A stretch of DNA of 64,000 bases from Octopus vulgaris (taxonomy: Eukaryota): positions 2,728,001 to 2,792,000 of the forward strand of contig OX597818.1 in NCBI GenBank assembly GCA_951406725.2, read 5' to 3'. The translations under genes and the position numbers were made by a program. The notes under the pieces are model-generated. The model did no database searches and was not told the origin of the DNA. It saw only the letters and a program-made list of their open reading frames with translations. Positions 26,292 to 38,554 of this stretch are shown piece by piece. Every line of letters begins with the position of its first letter. Within the stretch, counting starts at the first letter, position 1.

Positions 26292-27917
26292 TCACACAAT
26301 ATTCCTATCGTGAAAACTTGTAAAGCACCCTGCTCTACATAATGCAACCTTGCAGAATGCACATTGGAAAGTTGTTTCAGCAGCCCTTCCACTAGGAGCT
26401 TTCCTTTTTTGATGAAGGCTTTTGCGACCCTCGATTTTTTCTAATTTATGCAGATCAGCTGAATTCAGAGGGATATCCCTCTGGCAGGCTTTGATTTTTC
26501 TCTCTACAGTTATTTTTTTTTAGGAATAACCAGCTCTTAGTTACGTTGCTACATCTGCTCGGAACTGCAGATGGTCGCATCGCTTTCGAGCCGGTCCCGA
26601 TTTGGTATATAGTATAAACGCATTAGTAATACTCATGTTTACTATATACCAAACTAGGTATCGCCATCGTTTATTCCCCGGTCTGCCAACTGGATAGTAA
26701 GACATCATCTGATTCAGCCGATCTACACCACCCATATACCTGTTATAATTGAGGTTCACAAATGGCGTGCCATTTTCATCCACATGTGGCTGTGCACAGG
26801 TAGACAGAAAATTGATCTGCCTCTTATCTCTGTATGCGGTTGCTCGCAAATTTCCTTTCTGCCGTTGAATTATTTCACCTTTTTTTAAAATTTTGCTTTT
26901 TTTATATCCAATGGCAGTCCTGTAGCACATGTATGTGTTGCCACAGTATCTAAATTCTCTGCAAGTTTGACCGAACTGAAAAATCGGTCAAAAAATAATA
27001 TATATGGCCCTGGTTATGGTATGGAAGTGATAAATTCCAGACCATATCGTACCCTAGGCCATGCTGACTTACATAATTGTCTCTTTTACCAGTATAGAAT
27101 TGAAATCCAGAGCAGTAACTGGTATTTGATTCGCAAATCTTCCAAACTTTGATCCCCCATTTTGTGGGCTTTCCTGGCATATACTGTCAAAAAACGTACT
27201 CAGCCTTTATAGCCCATCATACCCTCATCAATTGATAAACATCTCCCCAGTTTATAAACAGTTTTATATGTGTTTTGAACACAGTCAATAAGGGGTCTTA
27301 TTTTAAATAAGGGATCAAATCCTGGTTCTCCACGTACTGGTGTACTGCTCGTGTCTCTTACATGCAAATACTGAGTCAATTTCAAAAATCGTGTCCTCGT
27401 CATTATACTTGATACATATTCGTCTCCAAAGGGCTCATCGCTACTCCAGTAATTTGTTATTCTGGGTAACTTTCTGATACCATAATAATATTTATGGCAA
27501 AATAGGCCTTAATTTCATTTAAGGTTGTGGGAAACCACAAACTATCCTTTTTTTCGCTTTGTTTACATTCAGCGTAACGGTTTGTTTCTGCCGTAATGAT
27601 TTCAAATAGGCTCATTGGAAAAAGTAAAAGGAAATAGTCTCTCCTGGGAAAGACTGTGGCTTGGTCCAGTTTCTTCAGAAAAATCACTGAAAGAAACAGT
27701 TTTAAAATTTTCACTCCATTCAGGTGCGATTTCATTTTTATCGCTGACAGAGCTCTCGGATTCACTGCTTTCACTTTTGGAAAATGAAACATCAGATTCA
27801 TTATCAAATACCACGTGCTTTTTTTTTGTCAGTCATAGAGTTAGATTTATCAAGGTCTTCAGTAGAAAATCTTTCAAATTCTGACTCGCTGCTTGATAGA
27901 ATGAAATTCGTATCCAT
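26292..27917 (-). pseudogene. piggyBac (PGBD4-like) transposase pseudogene
   Basis: Acidic/Ser-rich N-terminus MDTNF...; ETNRYA; MTRTRF..L..YLH; SIDEGM; MPGKPTKWGIKVW; YNRYMGGVD; C-terminal Cys-rich TTFQCAFCKVALCRAGCFTSFH. Several frameshifts and deletions. Confidence 0.9.
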
Positions 27918-28629
27918 TTTTTGTCAGAATTACAAATTTTGAAAACACAACAGGAACAAATTTCGGAAAAAAATCTCCCAAAATTCACGCAATTAAAATT
28001 ACACTTCGATCGTTGTACAAAACTGTAGATGAACTGTTTACGAAGCATAATCACGTGTTTTCACGAATGTACTAACGAAATTTGCTCTGACATTCTCATT
28101 TAAATATGAATAGGTAATTATGGGCGGTTTTGGGCGGCTTGGTCACATGAACCAAAATTTTTTTTGGGCGGCTTTGGGCGGTTTGATAACAAAAGGGTTA
28201 ATTGTATACATAGCGAATTTCCTAAATTAGGAGGTGGATTATATAGAGATGACACTCTTTTCCCTAAGGTTAATCTTCAAAGGTCTTGGAAAACAACATT
28301 TTTAAATTCTTGAAGCATCTCTGGCTCTCTCTATCTTGATAGAAAATGATTATACAAAGGTTGGCTCTGATATTACTCTGGATTTAAGTACTGAACTATA
28401 CCAACTATATCATAAACCAAATGAGTGCTTAAGGTATGTAAATAAAAATAAGTTCTGTCATTAAAAATATATCAACTTGTATTTTAAAATCGAAATTATA
28501 TAACCACGTTATTTGAAGCTGGGTATAAAGATAAAATTTACTATAGTCAAAATTTACTATAATCAAAATCAAAATAATAATAATAAAATTCCTGGAAACA
28601 ATAGATTATGAAATAAGTTGAAACTTGAT

Positions 28630-31600
28630 AGTGAGTGCTTACCCTCTGCCCACACCTTCCTCGCCCTTAGAGTTGGCACTCTCAGTGTGGGCACATTGAA
28701 AGATAGGTCCAATGAGATTGTTGAGATGCTTGAAGGGAAGCCTGTAGATATGTGTTGCATCCAAGAAGTAAGATGGAGAGGGGGTTCTGCTAGGTTCTTC
28801 ACAGGCAAAGAGCATAGGTGTAAAATCTTCTGGGTAGGGAACAGTGATAGAGTTGGTGGTGTGGTCATACTTCTTGCTGAGAAATGGGTTGAGGTAGTCA
28901 GAATGAGTGATAGAATTTGTAAGCTTAAACTAATTTTGCAAAGTGGAACAGCAACTATTATTTTGGTCTATGCTCTTTGACCAGTACTACTTAATGAACA
29001 GAAAGATCAATTTTAAACGAATGACAAGGAGTTTCTTTGTGGCTGGTGACTTGAGTGGACATGTTGGGCAACATCTGGGTGGGTTCCATGATGTGCATGG
29101 TGGCAACAGAGTTGGTTCCTGCAATGAAGAGGAAACCAGGGTGCTGAAGTTCTGTGCTGCAAATGACCTTATGATCTTCAGAAAACCTGCCAGTCACCTG
29201 TTCATCTATCAATCTGGTTGGTACACTAGCCAGATTGACTACATTCTCACCAGAAAACAGGAAAGATGGTTGCTTATAAATGCCAAAACTTTCCCTGGTG
29301 AAGAATGCACCCCTCAACATTGGTTAGTCACTAGCAACTTAAGAGTCAGGGCTAGAAGGCTTCCAGGAAGACAACCAGTGTGGAAAAGAATGGTCTGGAA
29401 GCTTAAGGATTCTCTGAATGGTCATAAGTTTAGGAACATGTTACTGGAAGCATTTGATGAAAAAGAGGAGGATATAGTGACATATAACATGGAGGACAAC
29501 TGGAAGTTTCTATGAGACATGTTGAGGGCCACTGACCAGATTTGTGGCTGGTGCAAAGTCTCTTCTTGACCTAATAGTGTAAATGATAGGGGCACTAGAG
29601 AGAAGAAACATGCCTGGAAGGACTGGAAGTGTGGTGGTAGCAGGGAACTGCATCAGATAACCAGAAGGGAGGCTAGGAGACAGGTATATTTAGCCAAGGG
29701 AGCAGTAGAAAGGAAGAAGTTTGCCAATATTCTGCAGTAAGAAGATCAGGGGCTTGAAGTACTTTGGATTGTAAGAGAGTGTGTGAAAAAAGGAAATGAT
29801 GTCATAGGAAAGAAGAGTGTCTGCATGGATGATGGTTTACTTACAGATAGTGATTCTGCAAAGAAAGAGGTTTGGAAATGCTTTTATGAAAACCTGCTAA
29901 ATGTAAAGAATGTATGGGAAAAGGATAGTCTGACTAATGTAGACCCAACTGAGAGACCGGCTATCTAAATTGACAGTTGCTTGGTAGATAAAGCCATGAA
30001 GGATATGAAGACAAGGAAAGCCCCTGGCCCATCAAAAATCACTGCTGTGAGATGCTTAAAATATCTGACAGAGTCAACCATATAGTTAATCGGGTTGTCC
30101 ACAAGAGAGTAATATCCAACGATTGGTGTAGCAGTACCATACTCAACTACTACAAAGATGTGATGCCTTAAATGGAAATAATTACATAGGTATCAAACTA
30201 CTTGACCAAGTAATGAAAGTTACAGAAAGGGTTATAGCTCAACTAATTTGGAAGAGAGTTAGCCTAGATGAGATACAGTTTGGTTTTGTGTCAGGGAAAA
30301 GCACGACATGATATATTCCTGGTTAGGTGACTGCAGGAAAAGTACTTAACCAAAAATAAACCTCTGTACTTGGCTTTTGTCGACATGGAAAAAGCCTTTG
30401 ACAGAATCCCTTGCTTTCTTATCTGGTGGTCAATGCAGAAGCTAGGGTTAGATGAGTGGTTAGTGAGAGATGTAGAAATCATGTACTGGAATGTTGCCAA
30501 TAAGGTGAAGATTGGAAACAAGTATAGCGATGAATTTAGTGTACAAGTATGAGTTCACCAAGGATCAGCTCCCAGCCTCCTCTTCTTTATGATAGTCTTC
30601 CAGGCCATAACAGAGGAATTCAAGACTGGCTGCCCCTCAGATCTCCTCCAAACTGATAACTTATAGCTGAAATTTCAGGTGTAGAAGCAAGGTTTGGAAT
30701 CTAAGGGCCTTAGAATTAATTTAGCAAAAAACAAAGTCTTAGTAAGTAGGAAAGTAGACAAATCACAAGTCCCTTCAGGGAGATGGGCCTGCTCATCATC
30801 ATCATTTAGCATCTGCTTTCCATGCTAGCATGGGTTGGACAGTTCAACTGGGGTCTGGGAAATCAGAAGGTTGCACCAGGCCCAGTCTGATCTGGCAGTG
30901 TTTCTACGGCTGGATGCCCTTCCTAATGCCAACCACTCCGTGAGTGTAGTGGGTGCTTTTTATGTGCCAGACGGAGCTGGCAAACGGCCACGGTCGGATG
31001 GTGCTTTTTATATGCCACCGGCATGGGGGCCAGGCCAGGCTGGCAATGGCCATGATCGGATAGTGCTTTTTACGTGCCACCGGCACGGAGGCCAGTCGAG
31101 GTGGTGCTGGCAACGGCCACGATCGGATGGTTCGCTTACGTGCCACCGGCACTGGTATCACAGCTGCAATTTCCATTGATGTTGATCGACTTCGATTTTG
31201 GTTCTGATTTCCATTTGCCTCAACAGGTCTTCACAAATGGAGTTTTGTGTCCCAGGAAGGAAAGGTATGCATAAGTCGACTGGCTACATCCCAGGCAGAG
31301 GCCATGGGTTATGGTCTCACTTGTCCTGCCGGGTCTTCTCACGCACAGCATACTTCCATAGGTCTTGGTCTATAGTCTTTTCCTCAGTGAGACCTAAAGT
31401 TCGGAGGTCGTGCTTCACCACCTTGTCCCAGGTTTTCCTGGGTCTACCTCTTCTACAGGTTCCCTCAACTGCTAGGGTGTGGCACTTTTTCACACAACTA
31501 TCTTCATCCATTCTCATCACATGACCATACCAGTGCAAACGTCTCTCTTGCACACCACAACTGATGCTTCTTAGGTCCAACTTTTCTCTCAAGGTATTTA

Positions 31601-32505
31601 CATCTGTCGAGTATGAACACTGACATTACACATCCATCGGAGCATACTGGCTTCATTTCTTGTGAGCTTATGCATATCCTCAGCAGTCACGGCCCATGTT
31701 TCACTGCCATGTAGCATGGCTGTTCGTACACATTCATCATACAGTCTGCCTTTTACTCTGAGCGAGAGGCCTTTTGTCACCAGCAGGGGTAAGAGCTCTC
31801 TGAACTTTGCCCAGGCTATTCTTACTCTAGCAGTTACACTTTCAGCACACCCACCTCCGCTACTGACTTGGTCACCTAGGTAACGGAAGCTATCAACTAC
31901 TTCTAGTTTTTCTCTCTGGAATGTGGTGGAAGTTGGTCTCTGCACATTTTCAGTGTTTATTGCTCTTGAGCATCTGCCACATACAAAAACTATTTTCCTA
32001 GTTAGCCTTCCTTTGACATTGCTGCACCTCTTATGTGTCCATAGCTTACACTTGGTGCATCTTATAGAGTTTCTACCTACAACTTTTCTGCAGATCGTGC
32101 AGGGCCATCTACCTCTAAAGGTGTTTGTGATTCGTCTACCTTCCTACTTATTAGGACTTTGGTTTTGGCTTGGTTGACTCTAAGGCCCTTCGATTCTAAT
32201 CCTTGCTTCCACACCTGAAACTTCTCCTCCAGTTCTGATAGTGACTCAGCAATTAGAGCAAAGTCATCAGCATAGAGGAGCTCCCAGGGGCATCCTGTCT
32301 TGAATACCTCCGTTATTGCCTGGAGGACTAAAGGATGTTGGTAAAAACTCCATACATTGTACCCAGTGCAAACATTTGACACATAAGAGGTGTAGCAGTA
32401 CCACAGGAAGGTCAACAGAAAAAATAGTCCTTGTGTGTGGCAAATGTATGTGTACAATAAGCACTAAAGATGCACAGACAATAGACTTCCTCAAATGGTC
32501 AGGGG
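28630..32505 (+). mobile_element. Older RTE-clade LINE (endonuclease, RT, PHD) with many stops, interrupted at 30793
   Basis: MCCIQEVRWRG, QIDYILTRK and FVDMEKAFDR. The PHD is split: GRWAC before 30793 and GKNSIHCTQCKHLTHKRC after 32331. Confidence 0.88.
30794..32330 (-). mobile_element. Younger 5'-truncated RTE LINE inserted antisense into the older copy
   Basis: (GAT)n tail at 30794, the same 3' UTR as 17244-17770, and WELLYADD at about 32270. Confidence 0.9.
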
Positions 32506-33324
32506 AATAATTATCTTTTCTGGACATCAATTATATGAACAGTATGCATAAAACACATTTACTCCCATAAACTTAAGCTCATTACACATATTTATGACAT
32601 CACACAGAATACATATACTCACAAACTTATGAATTTACAACCCAAAGGACCAATAATACCATATAATATCATACTTATCTATAATACTGCAATATAAAAA
32701 ATTTCGAGTTATAAAATTTAAGTCAAGTAGAAGCAAACAGTGGCAATTATGTATTAACCGAAGTTATCTAAAAGGGATAAATAATTACTAAATATAATAA
32801 TAATAACTTATTGCTTATGTTTATAATAATAATGCGCTAAAATTTAATTTAAATATATAAATAAATAGCAAGTTCAGAATAATATGGAAAGAGAAAAATA
32901 TCGAATATATAATATTTCCATGCATCCCTTAAGAAAATTTATTTCAAGCCTTTAAGGTAAAAAACAATAATAAAAATAAACTATTAGATAGGGAAAAAAA
33001 ATTTTTTATTAAAAATTTCAGACATACAGTATTCTGTTAGAGAAACCAGAAGTAAATATGCTATGAAACATGCTTAAGGAGATAAAGGAATTATTAAGAA
33101 AATAAACATTACATAAAAGGAAATACATATATATAAATAAATTGAAAATAAAATAGAATAAAATAAATTACAATGAATTACGTAAAATACTTTCATGTAT
33201 AGCAGGGATATAAGGTAAAATATATATAAAGACAGCAAAGTCGGAACAAATTTAAATAGGGGCATATCTGAAAATATAATCAGAGGTAATGATAATATAT
33301 TTGTGTATTTAAGCAATGAATCTT

Positions 33325-33412
33325 CTACCTCTGAAGAGATTCATCTTATAATGATTTTAATTTTATAAATTAATTATCTAAAGATTTCTGAACTGAAACA
33401 GCTGTCAGAGAT
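33325..33412 (+). ncRNA. Type I hammerhead ribozyme-like motif (core intact, stem I weak)
   Basis: CTGAAGA-G(attca..AT-rich..tgaac)T-GAAAC-AGCT-GTC-agag, with a palindromic stem III ACAGCTGT. Confidence 0.6.
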
Positions 33413-33775
33413 GTCATATTTTGTAATTAATAAATAATTTTATTAATTACCTCTCCATTTTCTCTTTATTCTTTAAATATATGAACCACGGTTTATATGG
33501 TTACCTTATAGTTGAGCTTTCTATAGATTGGTAACTAACCAGTATTTTCATTGGATTTATGATCCCTTAATGAGGTTTATTACATTTACATGGTTTTATA
33601 TATATATATATATATATATGCATATAAGAGGAATGACTGCTAGGTGGATTCCTAATATGCTAAAGGTAGACCCCATATAGTCTGATCACTAAGAAAAGTT
33701 GTTGTCAAGGAATTTTGGCAAACGCCAGAACATAAAGTGAGCAAGACTAATGAAAAGATACAAAATATAGTGATT

Positions 33776-33843
33776 AGTCACATACCTAGGTTTCATTGTT
33801 ACCATTTACATTACGTAAATGTCTGCAAATCCTCAGTGTGACC
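33776..33843 (-). ncRNA. Type I minimal hammerhead ribozyme
   Basis: Minus strand GGTCACA-CTGAGGA-tttgcagaCATTTACgtaatGTAAATGgtaacaat-GAAAC-CTAG-GTA-TGTGACT. 7-bp stem I, full catalytic core and a palindromic stem III. Confidence 0.78.
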
Positions 33844-34451
33844 GTCATGGAAAATATAATTCAAAGAACTATACATGAGATGTCCTCACGAGAGAGAACA
33901 TGCATACAGTTCTATCAATAAAACTCCTTAAGCAATCAATACTGAGAAAAAGCCATAACAACAATATCAACAAAAATGATGCCAAGAACAGTAGTAACAA
34001 AATTAAAAGAATTCATGCACACATATTCTTGGTGTTAGTATGAAAGAACAGAGTAGGCAGTTGGTCAATGCTACCCAAAGCAACAACAGTGTGTGTGTGT
34101 GTATATATATATATAGGCAAAAGAAAACAAAACCAACAAAAGTCAAAAGGATGTACACTGAATGTATTATGTTGATGCTCAGTTTAAGATGAATACAGAG
34201 ACACACACACACACATACAAGATGGCATAATGAACCCATTTACTGGTCAGCTTTCAAAAGAAGTGTCCCCATATACATTAACTGGCGACAGCAGATGGTT
34301 AAGGATTGAATTACACGCATGCACAGACTCTCGCATACACACACATAAACACACTTCGTGCTTGTATTGAAGTACACGGTTCACTGTTCCCCAGAGAATT
34401 TTTATTGAGGACCATAGTACAATATACTTATATATACACATTTGTGTGTAT

Positions 34452-34454
34452 ATG

Positions 34455-34509
<55 letters not shown>

Positions 34510-34540
34510 TTATATATACACATTTGTGTGTATATGTATG

Positions 34541-34571
<31 letters not shown>

Positions 34572-34702
34572 ATATGTATGTATATATATATGTATATATA
34601 TATGTATGTATATATATATGTATATATGTATATATATATGTATATATATATATGTATGTATATATATATGTATGTATATATATATGTATATATATATGTA
34701 TG

Positions 34703-34738
<36 letters not shown>

Positions 34739-34844
34739 TGTATGTATATATATATATGTATGTATGTATATATATATGTATGTATATATATATGTATATA
34801 TATATGTATGTATATATGTATATATGTATGTATGTATATGTATG

Positions 34845-34898
<54 letters not shown>

Positions 34899-34899
34899 C
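34452..34899. repeat. Compound (TA)n/(TATG)n microsatellite, about 450 bp
   Basis: Directly visible; it produces the spurious YI/YM-repeat ORFs. Confidence 0.97.
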
Positions 34900-37800
34900 A
34901 GTGTCACAGACACATACAAAAAAGATAACACAAATATATACAAAGAGGTGAATTTGGTAGCAAGAGGAATAGCTAACAATCTTAAGATTAGTGATAGGAT
35001 TGAATATCTTTCCCCACGACCAGCTTTTATTACACTAAAAGACCATAAAGCCAATTTTAATAGAAACCCCAAATGTAGATTGATAAATCCGGCTAAAACT
35101 GAGATAGGCATTATTAGCAAAAATATTTTGGACCGTATTTTAACTAAGTTAGATAGTGAAGTAGAGTTGAGAATTTGGAAGAATAGTAAGTCACTCATAG
35201 AGTGGTTTAAAGGTATTAGCTATAAGAATAATTGCAGTTTTACACAATTCGATATTATTAACTTTTACCCGTCAATATCTAGGACGTTACTCCTAAGGGC
35301 ATTAGACTTCGCCAAGCAGTATGTCAACATCGATAGCTCGGAAATTGATATTATTATGCATGCGAGGAAATCACTTCTTTTTTTCGAGGATTCCACCTGG
35401 ATTAAGAAGAGTGAGGATTCTCTCTTCGATGTACCGATGGGGGCATACGACGGAGCTGAGCTATGTATGCTCGTAGGAGCCTTTATTCTTCATAATCTAA
35501 AAATAGAATTCCCATTTATAGATGCAGGTTTATATAGGGATGACGGCCTTATAGCCACCCATAATTTAAACGGCCATGAATCAGATAGACTTAGGAAGGA
35601 CTTCATAGCTTTCTTCCAAAGGATGGGCTTACGGGTTACAATAGATACTAACCTGAATAGTGTAGATTTTTTAGACGTAAATTTTAATGTAAGGTCGGAT
35701 AGATTTAAACCTTTCCGTAAGCCCAATGAAAAGCTATCGTATATTAGCAAAGATTCAAACCATCCGCCAGTTATCCTTAGGAACTTAGTCAGCAATGTAG
35801 GTAGAAGAATATCTTCAATTTCTTCGGACGACGCAGCATTCCATAATGCTGTGCCTTAGTACGATAGCGCATTAAGGAATAGTGGATTTTCTGAGAAGAT
35901 CCAGTACAACCAGTTTAATGCTGATAATAATGCCGCGCGAAGAACTAGGACCAGGAAAGTTTTGTGGTTCAACCTGGCTTTCAATTTGGCCATAAAGACT
36001 AATATAGTCTCTAGGCATTTTAAGCAGGACCATAAATTCTATAGGATATTTAATAGAAGAACCCTGAAGGTTAGCTATTCTTGTAGAAATTTCGCCTCTT
36101 ACATTAGCCAGCATAATAGGAATCTGATTGAGATTAAACATGGTGCTGAGCCCATTAAGAAATGCAATTGCAAAAATGAATCCTCCTGTCTGTTAGAAGG
36201 GAAATGTCCCGTAAAAGGATTAGTTTGTAGAGCGAAGGCTCATCGGAATACAGGACATATACAGGGGCTTCAGAAAACTTGTTTAAAACACGATTTTTTT
36301 CGCATAAAAGTTCATTTATATACCCAGAAAATAGGAAGAGGACCAGCCTAGCAAAATATGTCTGGGAACTAAAAGAAAAGGAAACCCCACCTTTCAATGT
36401 GACATGGAGCATTCTGGACAGGGCGGCACCATACAGGCATGGAGCACACAAAAATAATTTCAAATGCAACCTTTGCCTGTTAGAAAAACTCTATATCTTA
36501 TTCAAAGACAATAATTCTTTGAATCAAAGAAGTGAGCTGATGAACTTATGCAGGCACGCAGCCAAATTTAAAATGTCAAGCATAAATATGGATAGAGTAT
36601 ATATTTTGTATTTTTGATTGTGATTCTTGGACTAGTATGTAAACGCAACGATGGATTTGTTTCGCGCTATGCAGATTCCATCCCGTATAGCAAAGTCTCA
36701 TGCATATATTTTGTTTATATTTCTACATATTTATTAGGAAAAACCTTCGGCTTAGTTTATTTCATGTTATTATATTGTATAGGCTTACTTTGATTTTAAT
36801 TTATAGATGATCCAAAATAGGGGGTTATATTTTACATGTCTTTCATATAATTTTCATTACTACACTCACCATTTTTTTAAAAGCAATGTTGTCAAAAATT
36901 AGAATTGTGATGTAAATATGTGTATAGCCACGAATATGTATTTGTAAGCATACGTCTCTGTGTATGTGTGAGTGAGCGTATGTTTGTGCTTAAGCACACA
37001 CATACACAAATGTATGTGTATGTATCCACTTGAACTTGTGTGTTTGTGCACTTGCATCTCTATATATGTGTCAATATACGAGGTTACACAGCTTGTATAC
37101 ATAATTTTTCTTTTTTTCCTATTCCGTTTTTTTCTCTCCAACCCTCCTTTTTTCTTTTTTTTCTTTTCCTTTTTCTTTTTTCTTCCCCTTTTTCTTTTTT
37201 CTCTCTCTTCCTTTCTTTTGTTCTTTCTCTAACTATGCGATACATGTATAAAGTCAGGCAACGTCACACTCCCCTCACTCACTCATGCCCTAAGCTTTGC
37301 TTCGTAAATACGAAAGATACTTAACCTACTATGATTTTAGCTTGCGTGCGAGCTAGATTGCGTATACATATGTATACACGCATTTGCGTGTATATTTTAT
37401 CTTTATATTTATATGTCTGTATATGTATGGGGTTCGCACGCATCTATTCTGTGTATGTTGATATATATGTATACTTTAATATGAATATGTATTGCTGTGT
37501 TATATTTTTAATGCATTTCAAGTTCCATGTATTAATTATATTTCCTTCATTAAGGTCAATATGTATTTTATTCAATGTAAGGTTTTTCCTCGAATTTTAT
37601 AATTTTAATATATTATTTTATATATTTTTTAATATTTTAAAAATATTTTTTTATATATTTTTATATTTTTTATATTTTATATATATATATATATGTTTTT
37701 TTTTTTTAACTCATCTTTGTTTATCGCTCGAAAATTGGCCGTTATTTCTAAAGGGCCAATCAAACAAGTCCATTTTTTAAAGGTGTAGCGTTTGTAATAG

Positions 37801-37910
37801 TCTGGATAGAATTCACATATCAGTTCCATTCTAGCAAAAACTGTCCGACGAACAGCAACGGGAAACTCAAACAGGTTTTGTTGAATTTTCTGCTGCTTTA
37901 AATAAAGTAT
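34900..37910 (+). mobile_element. Naiad-type Penelope-like element (5'-truncated RT plus GIY-YIG), inserted in (TA)n
   Basis: TLKDHK..F...[62 protein letters not shown] and LNQRSEL...CRH. One TAG at 35857 plus frameshifts; the ORF ends at 36617, followed by an AT-rich tail. Confidence 0.88.
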
Positions 37911-37985
37911 ATATATATATAGTTGAAAAAAATAGAAATATTAAATTTCTAAATATCTCAGAGAGATATAAGCAATGGTGGTATG

Positions 37986-38037
37986 ATAGAGCAGTTGTAT
38001 ACCATCAACTTAAGTTGACGGTATACAACTGCTCTAT
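37986..38037. repeat. 52-bp spacerless palindrome (one mismatch) centred on TTAA
   Basis: ATAGAGCAGTTGTATACC(A)TCAACTT|AAGTTGA(C)GGTATACAACTGCTCTAT. Confidence 0.95.
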
Positions 38038-38554
38038 ATATAGTTGATATTTACAGAAAAACAAAAAGTAAAGACAGGTGTATGAACAACAAGCAAGTGT
38101 ATTAGTTTGACGCTCAGGAAAATAATAAAGTCTTTTACATTTCAAGCCTACACTCTTCAACAGAAACCTTGATTCATGAAAGCCCCAATAAAATAAAATA
38201 AGAATTTAAAAACTAGTTTTCTTCAAATTTGTTGGAAGAGATTGGAATCAAAGTTCTTTCAATGCAGGGGTCAGAGAACAGGGGTAAATTACCCCAGGTG
38301 GGGTAAAAATGAAATTCTTGAGGGATAATGAGGACTCATTAGCAATGCCTGCTTAGGTGTGCTTAAACACAGAGCTCCATAGATCAAAAAGTTTTTTACA
38401 TTGAATTTTTCAAATGTCAAATGTTCGTTGTAAAATGTTGCTAGAAATCCTGTCCTAATTTATTGACTACTTTACTTTTCAAAACAAGAATAAAGAAAAA
38501 ATAATGTAAAAAAACCCAAAACATATATCATTTCTAACTGACATTCTCTTCTCC

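Larger units (their letters stand above)
25255..28197 (-). mobile_element. piggyBac element (subfamily B) with decayed transposase
   Basis: TTAA|CCCTTTCGTTAC ... GATAACAAAAGGG|TTAA, with GGGCGG(T/C)TT subterminal repeats at the right end. Confidence 0.93.
24700..33480 (+). mobile_element. Old AT-rich Naiad-type Penelope-like element, split by piggyBac and RTE insertions
   Basis: DYFDITVGS..D-like text before the TTAA at 25251 resumes after 28201 as EFPKLGGGLYRDD. Decayed endonuclease-like text near 32510-32800 and a hammerhead core at 33331-33406. Confidence 0.55.

Noticed and set aside
34306-35198. Long YI/YM/IH-repeat ORFs
   Set aside because: These are translations of the (TA)n/(TATG)n microsatellite. 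Only the part after about 34900 encodes real RT.
38266-38400. Possible hAT-type MITE beginning CAGGGGT
   Set aside because: No matching second TIR or 8-bp TSD was found.
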